Below, in pieces: positions 18,986 to 28,351 of a stretch of DNA of 46,018 bases. Location: the NCBI GenBank assembly GCA_020724555.1, contig DYGT01000001.1:131197-177214 (forward strand). Direction: 5' to 3'. The translations under genes were made by a program, and so were the position numbers. This DNA comes from Candidatus Microgenomatus sp. Lineage in GTDB: Bacteria; Patescibacteriota; Microgenomatia; UBA8517. Under the pieces are notes generated by a model. It made no database searches. It was not told the origin of the DNA and saw nothing but the letters and a program-made list of their open reading frames with translations. Within the stretch, counting starts at the first letter, position 1; the number at the start of each line of letters is the position of its first letter.

Positions 18986-20122
18986 ATGGTGTTTAAAAAT
19001 ATCACATTAATTGAAAAATCCAAATTAATATTAATAGCCGCTACCGGTCTTTTGGTTTTGGCCATCTCGGCTTTGGCCACCGTTTTTTTGTTTAATATAA
19101 GTTATTCAGAAGAGCCCGAAACCATGGAATATAGTAGCCAAGATGTACAAAAATATACCGCAGAGATTGAAGCCCGCACTGATCCCAGCTTTAATGTGCT
19201 TCTTTTGGGTTATGGTGGAGCTGATCATGACGGAAGTTTTTTAACGGATGCAATCAAGCTTGTTAATATAGACCCTGTCACAAAAGACGTGACCGTGATT
19301 TCGATCCCGCGTGATTTATGGGTGGAAATACCGGTGCGTTCCGATATGGGGGAATATCAAAAAATAAACGCCGCCTATGCCATTGGTATGGACGACAATT
19401 ATCCGTTAAAGCAAACTCAGTACAGGGGAGTAGAGGGCGCGCAAAAGCTGGTGGGAGATGTGGTGGAGGCGATAACGGGCAAAAAGGTGGATGGGGTGAT
19501 TGCCGTGGATTTTGCCGGACTTATTGATACTGTGGACGCTTTGGGCGGGATTGAGGTAAATGTGCCGGTTACTTTTGACGACTATTTTTATCCCATTAAA
19601 GGTGAGGAAAATAATATTTGTGGCAAAAGTCCGGAGGAAATGGAGCGTATCCACGCGCTTTACAGTGGTTTTGAGCTTGAGAAACAGTTTGAGTGCCGCT
19701 ATGAACACCTCCATTTTGACGCCGGTATAAACCATATGGATGGGCAGACTGTCCTTAAATTCGTGCGCTCGCGCCATTCCAATGAACATGGTGGAGATTT
19801 TGCCCGTGCCCAAAGGCAGATGGCGGTTTTGTCTGCCATTAAAGAAAAAGTTTTATCGCTTGGGGCTTTTGATAATGTGCCAGGTTTTATCAAAAATTAC
19901 ACAAGATCGGTGACTACTAATTTAAAAGCAGAGGCTATAATTGCCTTTTTAGCTAAGTTTCCTGAGACAGGCGGTTACAGCACAAAAAGTATCACCTTGT
20001 CAGACGAAAACGTTTTGACTAATGCTACAAGTCCAGAGGGAGCTTATATACTTGAGCCCCGAGCAGGTCAAGGTAATTTCACTGACGTAAAGGCGTATAT
20101 AAATGCGGAGCTCGAAAAATAA
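18986..20122 (+). CDS. LCP-family (LytR/CpsA/Psr) protein
   Basis: NVLLLG, LTDAI, ISIPRDLWV, KINAAY, FVRSRH, GDFARAQRQ; start moved to 18986. Confidence 0.9.
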   Translation: MVFKNITLIEKSKLILIAATGLLVLAISALATVFLFNISYSEEPETMEYSSQDVQKYTAEIEARTDPSFNVLLLGYGGADHDGSFLTDAIKLVNIDPVTKDVTVISIPRDLWVEIPVRSDMGEYQKINAAYAIGMDDNYPLKQTQYRGVEGAQKLVGDVVEAITGKKVDGVIAVDFAGLIDTVDALGGIEVNVPVTFDDYFYPIKGEENNICGKSPEEMERIHALYSGFELEKQFECRYEHLHFDAGINHMDGQTVLKFVRSRHSNEHGGDFARAQRQMAVLSAIKEKVLSLGAFDNVPGFIKNYTRSVTTNLKAEAIIAFLAKFPETGGYSTKSITLSDENVLTNATSPEGAYILEPRAGQGNFTDVKAYINAELEK

Positions 20123-20194
20123 ACTCATGGGCTAAATTTAGCTAGAAACAGCCGAATTTAAATGATATAATCTTCTCGCACATTTTAAACACAT

Positions 20195-20240
20195 TCCCCG
20201 GTAGCCCTGCCTGCCGGCAGGCAGGTCAACGGTAGGGCGA
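20195..20240 (+). repeat. Copy of tRNA-Asn 5' end interrupted by palindrome copy 3 (20206-20225)
   Basis: TCCCCGGTAGC[CCTGCCTGCCGGCAGGCAGG]TCAACGGTAGGGCG versus tRNA TCCCCGGTAACTCAGCGGTAGAGTG. Confidence 0.85.
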
Positions 20241-20251
20241 TATAATATGTT

Positions 20252-20492
20252 ATGTATTATGTCTATGTTTTAAAAAATTCAAACGTGTTTTGTATAAGGG
20301 TTTGACTAATAACATGAATCGACGGTTTGATGAACATAATAAAAACAAAAATATTGGCACGCGCGGTAAGGTCCTTGGAGGTTGATATATAGTGAAAAAT
20401 ATGTGAGCAGAAGTAAGGCTCGGGCAAGAGAAAAGTATTTTAAATCTGGTTCGGGCAGAGAACATTTAAAACAAATCATTGATCCCCGGTAA
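20252..20492 (+). pseudogene. Small GIY-YIG nuclease with two frameshifts
   Basis: MYYVYVLKNSN/VLYKGLTNNMNRRFDEHN..TRGK/PWRLIYSE..ARAREKYFKSGSGR; stop lies inside tRNA-Asn. Confidence 0.85.
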
Positions 20493-20557
20493 CTCAGCGG
20501 TAGAGTGCTCGCCTGTTAAGCGAAGAGTCGTAGGTTCGAATCCTACCCGGGGAGCCA
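20483..20557 (+). tRNA. tRNA-Asn(GTT)
   Basis: Acceptor TCCCCGG/CCGGGGA, loop CTGTTAA, encoded CCA. Confidence 0.95.
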
Positions 20558-20851
20558 GGCTTGACGAGAGGCGTAAAAAGCTATTTTGTCAAACGGTTTT
20601 TGCCAGATAAATCGGACTTTTCTGCCCTTTAGCTCCAAGTTCTGAAGTGTCATCTTCAAAAGTAATCGTTTTTCGTGGACTTCAGAACTCTCAAATAATT
20701 TACCAGCGTTAGAAGCCAGTTTTAATAGGTATTCTGAGGTCAAATAGTATTCCTCATCGGCATAATTTAGTTTGCCGATTTTCTCTGTAATTTCTTTCTG
20801 CTTTGCCCGATACTCTTTTCGCTTTTCCTCATACTTGTCCTTAGTAATCCT
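20543..20851 (-). pseudogene. Large serine recombinase, C-terminal fragment
   Basis: RITKDKYEEKRKEY..EKRLLLKMTLQNLELKG..KPFD..WLPG*, terminating inside the tRNA. Confidence 0.75.
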
Positions 20852-21055
20852 ACATGCACATTTAGAATTTCTGCTGCCTGTTTTATGGTTAAGAGCTTGG
20901 GTAATTCGTCTTTATTCTTCGGCATACTTCTACAAAATTATACAAATTCTCCAAGCAAAATGCTATAATCTCAGCAGAAGTTTTCTTTTATAAAGAAAGT
21001 CCCTGGTTTTCGATCTGGCAGGTGGTGGAAGGCTCTAATTGCCTCTGGTTTCTAC

Positions 21056-22291
21056 TTGTTTGTTTTTTTAACCTTGATAGTCATTATCTTTCAATCCGCC
21101 CCCTCCCTTGCCTTAGAAAAAATTGATCCAACCAATAAAAGCTCTGTTTCTATTGCTGGTAAAACCTACTCAGGAAAGCCAGTTTACCTTCTTAAAGACA
21201 ATGAGGTCATTCAATCTGCCAAGTCAGACTCCAGTCGGAAGTTTTTCTTCGCCCTGAATGATCTAACTGATGGCAATTATACCTATACTGTCGAGGTATG
21301 TAGCTCAGAAGAAAAAGATAAGTGTAGAAATGAAAATATCGTCATCACGATAGATCAAACCCCTCCCCCTAAGCCAGAAATTGCTTTACCTGACAAATTG
21401 CCTAACGATAGCGAAGAAGAAATTACTATCAAGGGTGTTTCTGAGCCTAATGTTAAAATTGTAGCCTCTGTCCAGGATAATGAGCTACCTCCTACCACAA
21501 CCAATGATAAAGGCGAGTTTGAGATTAAAACCGGTTTGGTTTTAGGGGCTAACACCATCAACATTAAGGCGGTTGATGCCGTTGGCAATGAAAGCGCAGT
21601 GGGCGGAGCTTCTGTGAACTTTAATCCTTCAAGGTATAAAGCAAAAGTAATCAATGTTATTGATGGTGACACCATCAAAATCGAGGGTGGTCAAGTAGTC
21701 AGGTATATTGGAATTGATACTCCTGAGACAGTTCATCCCAGTAAACCAGTTCAATGTTATGGCAAAGAGGCTTCCGATAAAAATAAAGAGCTGGTTGAAG
21801 GCAAGGAGGTCAAGTTAGAAAAAGATGTTTCTGAAACCGACAAATACGGCAGGCTTTTAAGGTATGTTTGGCTGGGTGATATGCTGGTGAACGAATACCT
21901 GGTTAGGGAAGGTTATGCCCAATCAAGCAGTTACCCTCCAGATGTAAAGTATCAAGATAGATTTGTCGAAGCTCAAAGGCAAGCCAGAGAAGAGAAAAAG
22001 GGGTTATGGGGAGATATTTGCAATGCCCAACTTACTCAGACGCAACAAGCCCAGCAACAGACCACTACATCAACTCAGAATACACAACCGATCATCAAGC
22101 AGACAACGACTCCTGCTCAAACCCAGGCTCAACCTTCTAACCAAACTTCAGGAAGCTATACCTGCGATTGCTTTAAGACTTGTTCTCAAATGTCATCTTG
22201 TGCCGAAGCTCAATACCAGCTGAATGTTTGTGGTTGTAGAGCAAGGGATGCAGACGAGGACGGCGTCGCTTGTGACAGCGATTGCCAGTAG
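21056..22291 (+). CDS. Thermonuclease (SNase) with Ig-like domains and Excalibur-like C-terminus; 5' end may be damaged
   Basis: VIDGDTI, VRYIGIDTPE, DKYGRLLRYV, GLW; C-terminal DADEDGVACD. Confidence 0.88.
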   Translation: MFVFLTLIVIIFQSAPSLALEKIDPTNKSSVSIAGKTYSGKPVYLLKDNEVIQSAKSDSSRKFFFALNDLTDGNYTYTVEVCSSEEKDKCRNENIVITIDQTPPPKPEIALPDKLPNDSEEEITIKGVSEPNVKIVASVQDNELPPTTTNDKGEFEIKTGLVLGANTINIKAVDAVGNESAVGGASVNFNPSRYKAKVINVIDGDTIKIEGGQVVRYIGIDTPETVHPSKPVQCYGKEASDKNKELVEGKEVKLEKDVSETDKYGRLLRYVWLGDMLVNEYLVREGYAQSSSYPPDVKYQDRFVEAQRQAREEKKGLWGDICNAQLTQTQQAQQQTTTSTQNTQPIIKQTTTPAQTQAQPSNQTSGSYTCDCFKTCSQMSSCAEAQYQLNVCGCRARDADEDGVACDSDCQ

Positions 22292-22329
22292 GTGCAATAA
22301 AACGCTCAGGTTAGGGATAGCAAAGCAGC

Positions 22330-22638
22330 TTAACAATCTTTCAAAACGCTATCTTGAAGAAGTCGGAAAAGCAAATAGAAATGTTGAGAGTGATCAAACT
22401 CAGAGAGCCTAATTTGTCGAAGTTGCCTTTTACCCGTTATTCTTTCTCTAACAACCGCACCTCTTTCAAAGTGGTTTTCCATGATCTGCCTCAAAGTAGC
22501 ATCTTCTGGGAGGCTACTGAGGTGATCCAACTCCTCCTGAAGATAACCCCTAAGACCAGCAACGGCATCATCACTTAGGTGGAAATTCTTAGCAACATCG
22601 GGAAGCAAGCTCATTTTCCACTCTACATGGGCTTTCAA
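22330..22638 (-). CDS. Hypothetical protein
   Basis: ORF only. Confidence 0.35.
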   Translation of the reverse strand: MKAHVEWKMSLLPDVAKNFHLSDDAVAGLRGYLQEELDHLSSLPEDATLRQIMENHFERGAVVRERITGKRQLRQIRLSEFDHSQHFYLLFRLLQDSVLKDC

Positions 22639-22819
22639 GTCTCGGACTGCCAGCTAGAACGGGCACCTCAAGCGACCGAGGTGCCTAGAATAGCCCGTAT
22701 TTTTATTCAAAAAGGCTGTTTTGGAAGTCCAACATTATAACCGTTTTTACCCCTAAAAAATGCCAGTTCTAACCCATGTTCTGCGCCTTAAAACACTCCA
22801 CTTTTGCTATATAAGAGAG

Positions 22820-23121
22820 ATAAATTTAGAGTAGCTAGGGGTGGAAACTCACGATTTGTTAATATTTACTGTGCCAATTGCTTTTTCTTCTGTACCAAAA
22901 AGATGGTCCTGGTCCGCTCAAAAGATTATATCTAAGATCGAATCTTTGAGCTTGAAGATCTGGCTAGATTGCAAGATATTGGAAATATCAAAGAAATACC
23001 AAATTTGATTTGTAGCAATTGCAATACCGTTACTGGAACACCTTATATTTATGAAAAAGAAAATAGACATGCAATACTTCTAAATCCACACAATTTTACA
23101 AAGAAGCTAAAAAAGAATTAA
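22820..23121 (+). pseudogene. Frameshifted small zinc-finger protein (left boundary approximate)
   Basis: Fragments ARGGNSRFVNIYCANC / LYQKDGPGPLKRLY / LICSNCNTVTGTPYIYEKENR in different frames. Confidence 0.55.
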
Positions 23122-23468
23122 GGGTAAGGCGGACAATCAGTGTGTCCTTCTTTGCCTTCCTCAAAATATCTACCATCTACAGTATCACAAACTCTTATCC
23201 CAGTTCTTTAAGCATATTGTTCAGAAGAAAGTTGTCTTTCATCATAACCAATTACTTTGACATGAGAGGCTAAATTATCAAGAAAAGAGTAGTCGCGGAA
23301 AAGCAGTGGAAACAAAGAGAAGTGCAAGTAGATGGATTACTTAAAGGCATTTCTGGAATTTATGGCGGAATGCAGTTTATTGCAGGAACAGCACTTCCAC
23401 AAGTAAAAGTCTTGAAGCTCCCGAAGAAACTGAATAGTAAATATTTTGAGGGTTTACTTACTACTTCT

Positions 23469-24596
23469 TTATATGTATTTGTTATAAAGTTCGATGTGTG
23501 AATTCAGAACGTTAATTTGTTTATATCTTTCCTGAAATGCCGAATACGCTTTTTTAGACAAAATCATCTGATTTTCGATATTGTCTAGTAAAAATAATAT
23601 TTTGTTAGCAAGTGCTTTTGTGTCACCTCGGTCTACTAAAATACCAGATCTTGATTTACTAAAAAGCTCGAGATTTCCGCCTACCTTAGTTGCGATTATA
23701 GCTCTTTTTCTGACCATTAACTCAAGCATTGCGATAGACATTCCCTCAAAGAGGGAGGGCTGTACAAAAATGTTGTGCTTTTGGGAAACATTATCTATCC
23801 CAACGATTGGCTCATATATTCCTTCAAAAAAGATGTTATTTTCTAACCCAAAACACTTAACTAGATATTTGAGACGTTCTTCATCCCGTCCCATGCCATA
23901 TATATGAGCTGTCGAATTGGAAGTTTTTTTTACAACAAAACTCATGGCAGCGATTAGATAATCAATTCCTTTTTCAGGGGATAACCTGCTTATGCAGCCA
24001 ATCGATTTATTTTTTGCGTCATTTTTTGATATGAAGTCAATTTTTTTCTTAGGGGCGGGGATAAAGTGAGGAAAAATCACCACTTCCCCTTCATAACCAA
24101 GAAATCTTTTTATACCCCTAGACGAGGCCTGACTCCATGCAATAATCGCATCAAATTTATTTATTTTTTCAAATAAGTCATTAGAGTACCAATGCTTAGT
24201 ATCAGGACCAGGAGTTGTCATTTCAGTAGCAACTATTGGAATTGATTGCCTGTTGGGTGTTTCAAGCCAGATTTTAACCAATTTTCCCATCGGGCATGAA
24301 TGAATTATGTCAGGTTTCCATTTATTAAAATCTTTAACCAACTGCTGTGTGAGAGTTTTTTCGGGGGTTCTATCTTTCCTATCTTTGTAATGTAGTTTCG
24401 AGAAAGTTGTCTTTATGTCATGTTTCTTAAGTAAATTAATCCAATATTTGTTTTCCGGTTCTACTCCACAATATACTCGAACATCTACTTCTGCAGACTT
24501 GAGCGATAACGCTAGTTGGTTGATATAGTATTCAACTCCTCCAATTTCATTCAAGAAATCGGCAAAAATGGCGACTCGTTTGGGTTTCTTACCCAT
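23469..24596 (-). CDS. GT4 (GT-B) glycosyltransferase
   Basis: IGGVE, SRLSPEKG, PSLFEGMSIAMLE, ATKVGG. Confidence 0.9.
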   Translation of the reverse strand: MGKKPKRVAIFADFLNEIGGVEYYINQLALSLKSAEVDVRVYCGVEPENKYWINLLKKHDIKTTFSKLHYKDRKDRTPEKTLTQQLVKDFNKWKPDIIHSCPMGKLVKIWLETPNRQSIPIVATEMTTPGPDTKHWYSNDLFEKINKFDAIIAWSQASSRGIKRFLGYEGEVVIFPHFIPAPKKKIDFISKNDAKNKSIGCISRLSPEKGIDYLIAAMSFVVKKTSNSTAHIYGMGRDEERLKYLVKCFGLENNIFFEGIYEPIVGIDNVSQKHNIFVQPSLFEGMSIAMLELMVRKRAIIATKVGGNLELFSKSRSGILVDRGDTKALANKILFLLDNIENQMILSKKAYSAFQERYKQINVLNSHIELYNKYI

Positions 24597-24644
24597 TGTG
24601 ATATATTGTAACAAATATTTTTGTTGTTATGTTAAAATTGTCGT

Positions 24645-25172
24645 ATGAGATCATATGAGGATAGTCAAAGAATCGAGAAAGCTATAAAATATCTAGCGTT
24701 ACAAGTTGATAGGTCTGGTAATAATCCTAAGCCAGTGATATTCCATAGTGTAAGAGTAGCGCTGAGCTTGGATAGATACGAATATCCCACTGAGGTTGTG
24801 GTAGCGGCATTATTGCACGATCTGCTTGAGGATACGAAAACTAATCTAGAAGACATTGAAAAAGAGTTTGGACAAGAAGTTGCCGCACTTGTGAGGGCAA
24901 ATAGTTTTGATAAATCCATTACAGATAAAAAGCAAAGATATATCGAAGCTTTCGATCGTTGTCTAAAAGCGGGCAAGGGTGCTCTTTTGATAAAAACAGC
25001 GGACATTCTCGATAACGCTGATTACTATTCTCTGGTAAAAGATCAAGAAGCATATAAAGGTTTAATAGACAAGCTTGAGTATTTTATGAACCTAGCAAAA
25101 AAGTCTCTGGAAGGTGAGCCAATATTTAGTGATTTGCAAAATAAGCACAAGATTTTAGTGATCAAAGGATAA
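24645..25172 (+). CDS. Stand-alone RelA/SpoT-type HD hydrolase (Mesh1/SAH-like)
   Basis: PVIFHSVRVA, AALLHDLLEDT, IKTADILDN. Confidence 0.8.
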   Translation: MRSYEDSQRIEKAIKYLALQVDRSGNNPKPVIFHSVRVALSLDRYEYPTEVVVAALLHDLLEDTKTNLEDIEKEFGQEVAALVRANSFDKSITDKKQRYIEAFDRCLKAGKGALLIKTADILDNADYYSLVKDQEAYKGLIDKLEYFMNLAKKSLEGEPIFSDLQNKHKILVIKG

Positions 25173-25181
25173 TGCTACAAG

Positions 25182-26195
25182 TTATATTTTCTTTTTCGCT
25201 GAATAAATATCGTTTTTCTTAAGCCAGTCTTTAATAAATTGAACTTTTTTACGGAGTTCTTGTGTTGTGTATGATTCTGGTCTGGGTAATATTCTCCATT
25301 TATTAGTTTTCTCATCTAGTTCAAAACGAATAAAACCAAAAAAGGCATCCTTCAAGTCTAGTCCTGGGCATTTATCATAAAAATAACACGCGTTTCTCAT
25401 GTTCATGACAATGTCTTCTTGTTTGTGTGTCCTAAATGCATTTGTAATTGCAGGGGGACTTTCTAAATGATAAGCAATAGCGTTTTTGAGATATGTTGGT
25501 TTGAATCCTTTGCGAAATAGTCTGTAAGCGAGTTCCCAATCCTCATTACCCCACCCATAATAGTTTTCATCAAAATATACATAACTAGATCTCTTAACAC
25601 TCAAATTGCAGCTAAAACAAGCCTTCCATGGATGTTTGGAATTTAACCATTCTACTCTTTTATTATCTTCAAACATATTTCTTTTTATGCTTTCGTCGTC
25701 AATTTCCCAGTCAGATGCGAGCTTATCTAGCACTTTTTGAGTGCTGTTTTTTTCTATAAAAGAAATATTTTTTTCATTAATGACACCTCTCCACAATCTA
25801 TTGCCAGCAACGAGCAAATTATGCTTGGATTTTTGATGAGCTTTAAAATGCCTTTCCACCAAGGATCTATCTGGGATCATATCACCATCAAGAAAAAGTA
25901 GAATTTTACCCTTTGCAATTTTAATGCCGTTATTTCTAGCTTCTGTTGGTCTGATTCCTTTATCTTGTTGCCAAACGTATTTGATAAATACATTAGTATC
26001 CTTTGCAATTTTTTCAACTGTTTTGAACATTGAAGGTGTTGAACCATCATCTGTGATAATTATTTCGTAATCACAACTTGTTTTTTGGGCAAGAAGAGAT
26101 TGGAGAATTAGTTTGACTGTAATACCTTGATTGAAACAGACTACAATTACACTAAGATCTGGTTTTTTTCTTTTAAGTAAGTCTTTATTTATCAT
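25182..26195 (-). CDS. GT2 glycosyltransferase
   Basis: IITDDGS, ARNNG, FLDGD, FDENYYGWGNEDWEL. Confidence 0.9.
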   Translation of the reverse strand: MINKDLLKRKKPDLSVIVVCFNQGITVKLILQSLLAQKTSCDYEIIITDDGSTPSMFKTVEKIAKDTNVFIKYVWQQDKGIRPTEARNNGIKIAKGKILLFLDGDMIPDRSLVERHFKAHQKSKHNLLVAGNRLWRGVINEKNISFIEKNSTQKVLDKLASDWEIDDESIKRNMFEDNKRVEWLNSKHPWKACFSCNLSVKRSSYVYFDENYYGWGNEDWELAYRLFRKGFKPTYLKNAIAYHLESPPAITNAFRTHKQEDIVMNMRNACYFYDKCPGLDLKDAFFGFIRFELDEKTNKWRILPRPESYTTQELRKKVQFIKDWLKKNDIYSAKKKI

Positions 26196-26380
26196 AAGTT
26201 TAAATTGAGCCCATGATATGGTATTATACGGCTTATATAAACACTATGCAAAAGAATTATATAAAAAATCATATTCAATTTTCGTCGGGATTTCAGAAAA
26301 TCGACGAAAAAGACTTTGAGGTTGTGGAGAGAAAGAGTGTCGGACACCCTGTCAAGTACCCCTTTTGGTAGACACGAATT

Positions 26381-27181
26381 CTAATACAGGTGTTTGTGTT
26401 TGAAAACGTTTGGTGGCATCTTTAGGGTTGTATGAATACGCTGGTTGTTGTAATAGAAAATTACTTGGTGAATTGCCTCAATAAGCTCTCCTGGTGTTTC
26501 AAATCTCTCAAATTCAAGCCCCAAGTCAGTCTTGAAATTATTGTAAAAGCTCTCCTGGTAGCCATTTTCCCAGGGGCTACTTTTCTTGCTCATTGATATT
26601 TGTATTCCTAATTTACCCATAAGCTCTGAGTATTCTTTTGAGCAGTACTCACTCCCTTGATCTGTATGTACCACTTTAGGCAAACCAGTATTTAGTACTG
26701 CATCCCAAAAGGCCTCAAGCACAAACTCCTTTGTGTGCTTGGTTGAGATACTCCAGCCAACAATCTCTCGTGTAAAAAGGTCCATAAAAGTGGCAAGATA
26801 GACAAATCTTTTGTTCCACCTCAGATATGTAAAGTCCCCAACATAAACAATTCCTGAACTCAATGGGCAGAGGCCTTTGATAAGATTTTGGTACTCTGCC
26901 TCTGGTCTCCTCTCATCCCTCCTTTTTCTCCACCTTGCTTTTCTTTTGTATGGTTTAATTCCATATAGTTTCATGACTCTTCTGACTCTCTTCTTGCCAA
27001 TACATAAGGCTAGAGCTATTCTTCTGTGGCCATAGCTGGGGTGGGCTGACATCACAGAAAGGATTTGTTGCCTCAAGACCTCATCTTTTGATACAAGTTT
27101 TTGTACCTTGTAAACAGAAGCCCTTGATAATCCAAGAACAGCACAAATCCTTTCCTTGTTGAAAGAAGGAAACCTAGTCAC
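26381..27181 (-). CDS. IS3 transposase OrfB (DDE)
   Basis: YGHRRI, DFTY, HTDQGSEY, WENGYQESF. Confidence 0.93.
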   Translation of the reverse strand: MTRFPSFNKERICAVLGLSRASVYKVQKLVSKDEVLRQQILSVMSAHPSYGHRRIALALCIGKKRVRRVMKLYGIKPYKRKARWRKRRDERRPEAEYQNLIKGLCPLSSGIVYVGDFTYLRWNKRFVYLATFMDLFTREIVGWSISTKHTKEFVLEAFWDAVLNTGLPKVVHTDQGSEYCSKEYSELMGKLGIQISMSKKSSPWENGYQESFYNNFKTDLGLEFERFETPGELIEAIHQVIFYYNNQRIHTTLKMPPNVFKHKHLY

Positions 27182-27450
27182 TAACCCCTTGAAGACATCT
27201 CTCTTTTTTTTAGCTTTGTCAAATCCATTGTAAGAGCCCCAACTATGGCTTTTAATTCCTCATTTTCCCTCCTCAGTCTCCTCACCTCCATTACACTGGC
27301 ACCAGAATCTGCTTTCCCCCTCAGCCAATAGTAAATAGTCTTTGTACTCACTCCATAATCCTTTGACACATCAACTACCTTGGCTCCACCTTTAATTTTA
27401 GATATGATCTCCTCTTTGACTTCTTTTGATATTCCTGCCAACTTAACCAC
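27181..27450 (-). CDS. IS3 OrfA (HTH)
   Basis: YGVSTKTIYYW, LRRENEELK; A8G slippery run near the 3' end. Confidence 0.9.
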   Translation of the reverse strand: MVKLAGISKEVKEEIISKIKGGAKVVDVSKDYGVSTKTIYYWLRGKADSGASVMEVRRLRRENEELKAIVGALTMDLTKLKKREMSSRG

Positions 27451-27507
27451 CCCCTAGTCAGTAAGATTCATTTTAGAATCTGTGTCTACTTTAATGGGTA
27501 CCTGTCA

Positions 27508-27755
27508 GGCCATCCTCTGTTACCCATTCTGCACCGTGCTTGCCGTTGTATTGGGTGCAGTGGTAGTAGTGATAAGTCTTACCACTTTTCTTAATTTTCC
27601 TTTCAGGGGTTATCAAACAACCGCAATCGGCACACCTAATCAAACTTCTGTATAAGAACGGCAAACCAGCGTATTTGAAGTGCTTTTTATGGTGTCCTGT
27701 TTTAATCTCTTGGACTTTATCAAACAGCTCTTTGCTTACCAAAGATTCGTTTCCG
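27508..27755 (-). pseudogene. Large serine recombinase, recombinase/zinc-ribbon fragment
   Basis: LVSKELFDKVQ..LIRCADCGCLIT..YHYYHC; bounded by IS sequences on both sides. Confidence 0.8.
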
Positions 27756-27759
27756 GTTA

Positions 27760-28234
27760 AGCCTAATATTGCCTTTGCCGGAGATTTACCAGGTTTATCT
27801 GGAACGAGAAGGTTATTCACCTTGCAACTTTTATTGGTTTGTTTACAAGGGAAATTGTGGGCTGGTCAGTTTCCACCAAACACACTACAGAACTAGTAAT
27901 CGAGGCTTTCTTATAGATACTATACCTAATAACGGGAAGGCCGTTTATTGTTCATACTGACCAAGGGAGTGAGTACATATCTAAAAATTGGGCTCAGCTT
28001 ATGGAGAGTTTAGATATCAAAATTAGTATGTCAAAAAAGGCCTCACCTTGGGAGAATTGATATCAGGAGAGCTTCTTCAACAACTTTAAAACTGACCTGG
28101 GACTGGAATTTGAGAGATTTGAGACATCATTACCCAAAGAATCCACTTATCACCTAGAACCACACCAACCAAATTCAGACAAAGATCCGTTTCAAACTTT
28201 CTCAGAAAGAGTGTATTAAAAGGGGTAATTGACA
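27760..28234 (+). pseudogene. Degenerate IS3 orfB with right IR
   Basis: LFTREIVGWSVSTKH, HTDQGSEY, SPWEN*YQESFF with stops and frameshifts; ends AGGGGTAATTGACA. Confidence 0.85.
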
Positions 28235-28351
28235 ACTGCGCGTATACGGTTAACTCCGGCCTTAATAATTCTTTTTGCTAACACTCTTGATAGTCTTAAA
28301 AATTATCTTAAGAAAAAAAGACTTAAAATCATTCTTACAAAGGCATAGATT

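Larger units (their letters stand above)
26350..27507 (-). mobile_element. IS3-family element, copy 1 (1158 bp)
   Basis: Imperfect TG..CA terminal IRs (TGTCAAGTACCC / GGGTACCTGTCA); orfA and orfB; no target duplication. Confidence 0.93.

Noticed and set aside
20195-20557. Intron-containing or split tRNA-Asn
   Set aside because: The downstream copy is a complete cloverleaf, and I saw no group I intron core.
23122-23468. Possible gene remnant
   Set aside because: No sustained reading frame or motif that I could identify.
27491-27820. 109-aa ORF as a real gene
   Set aside because: Chimera of antisense IS relic, recombinase fragment and IS end.
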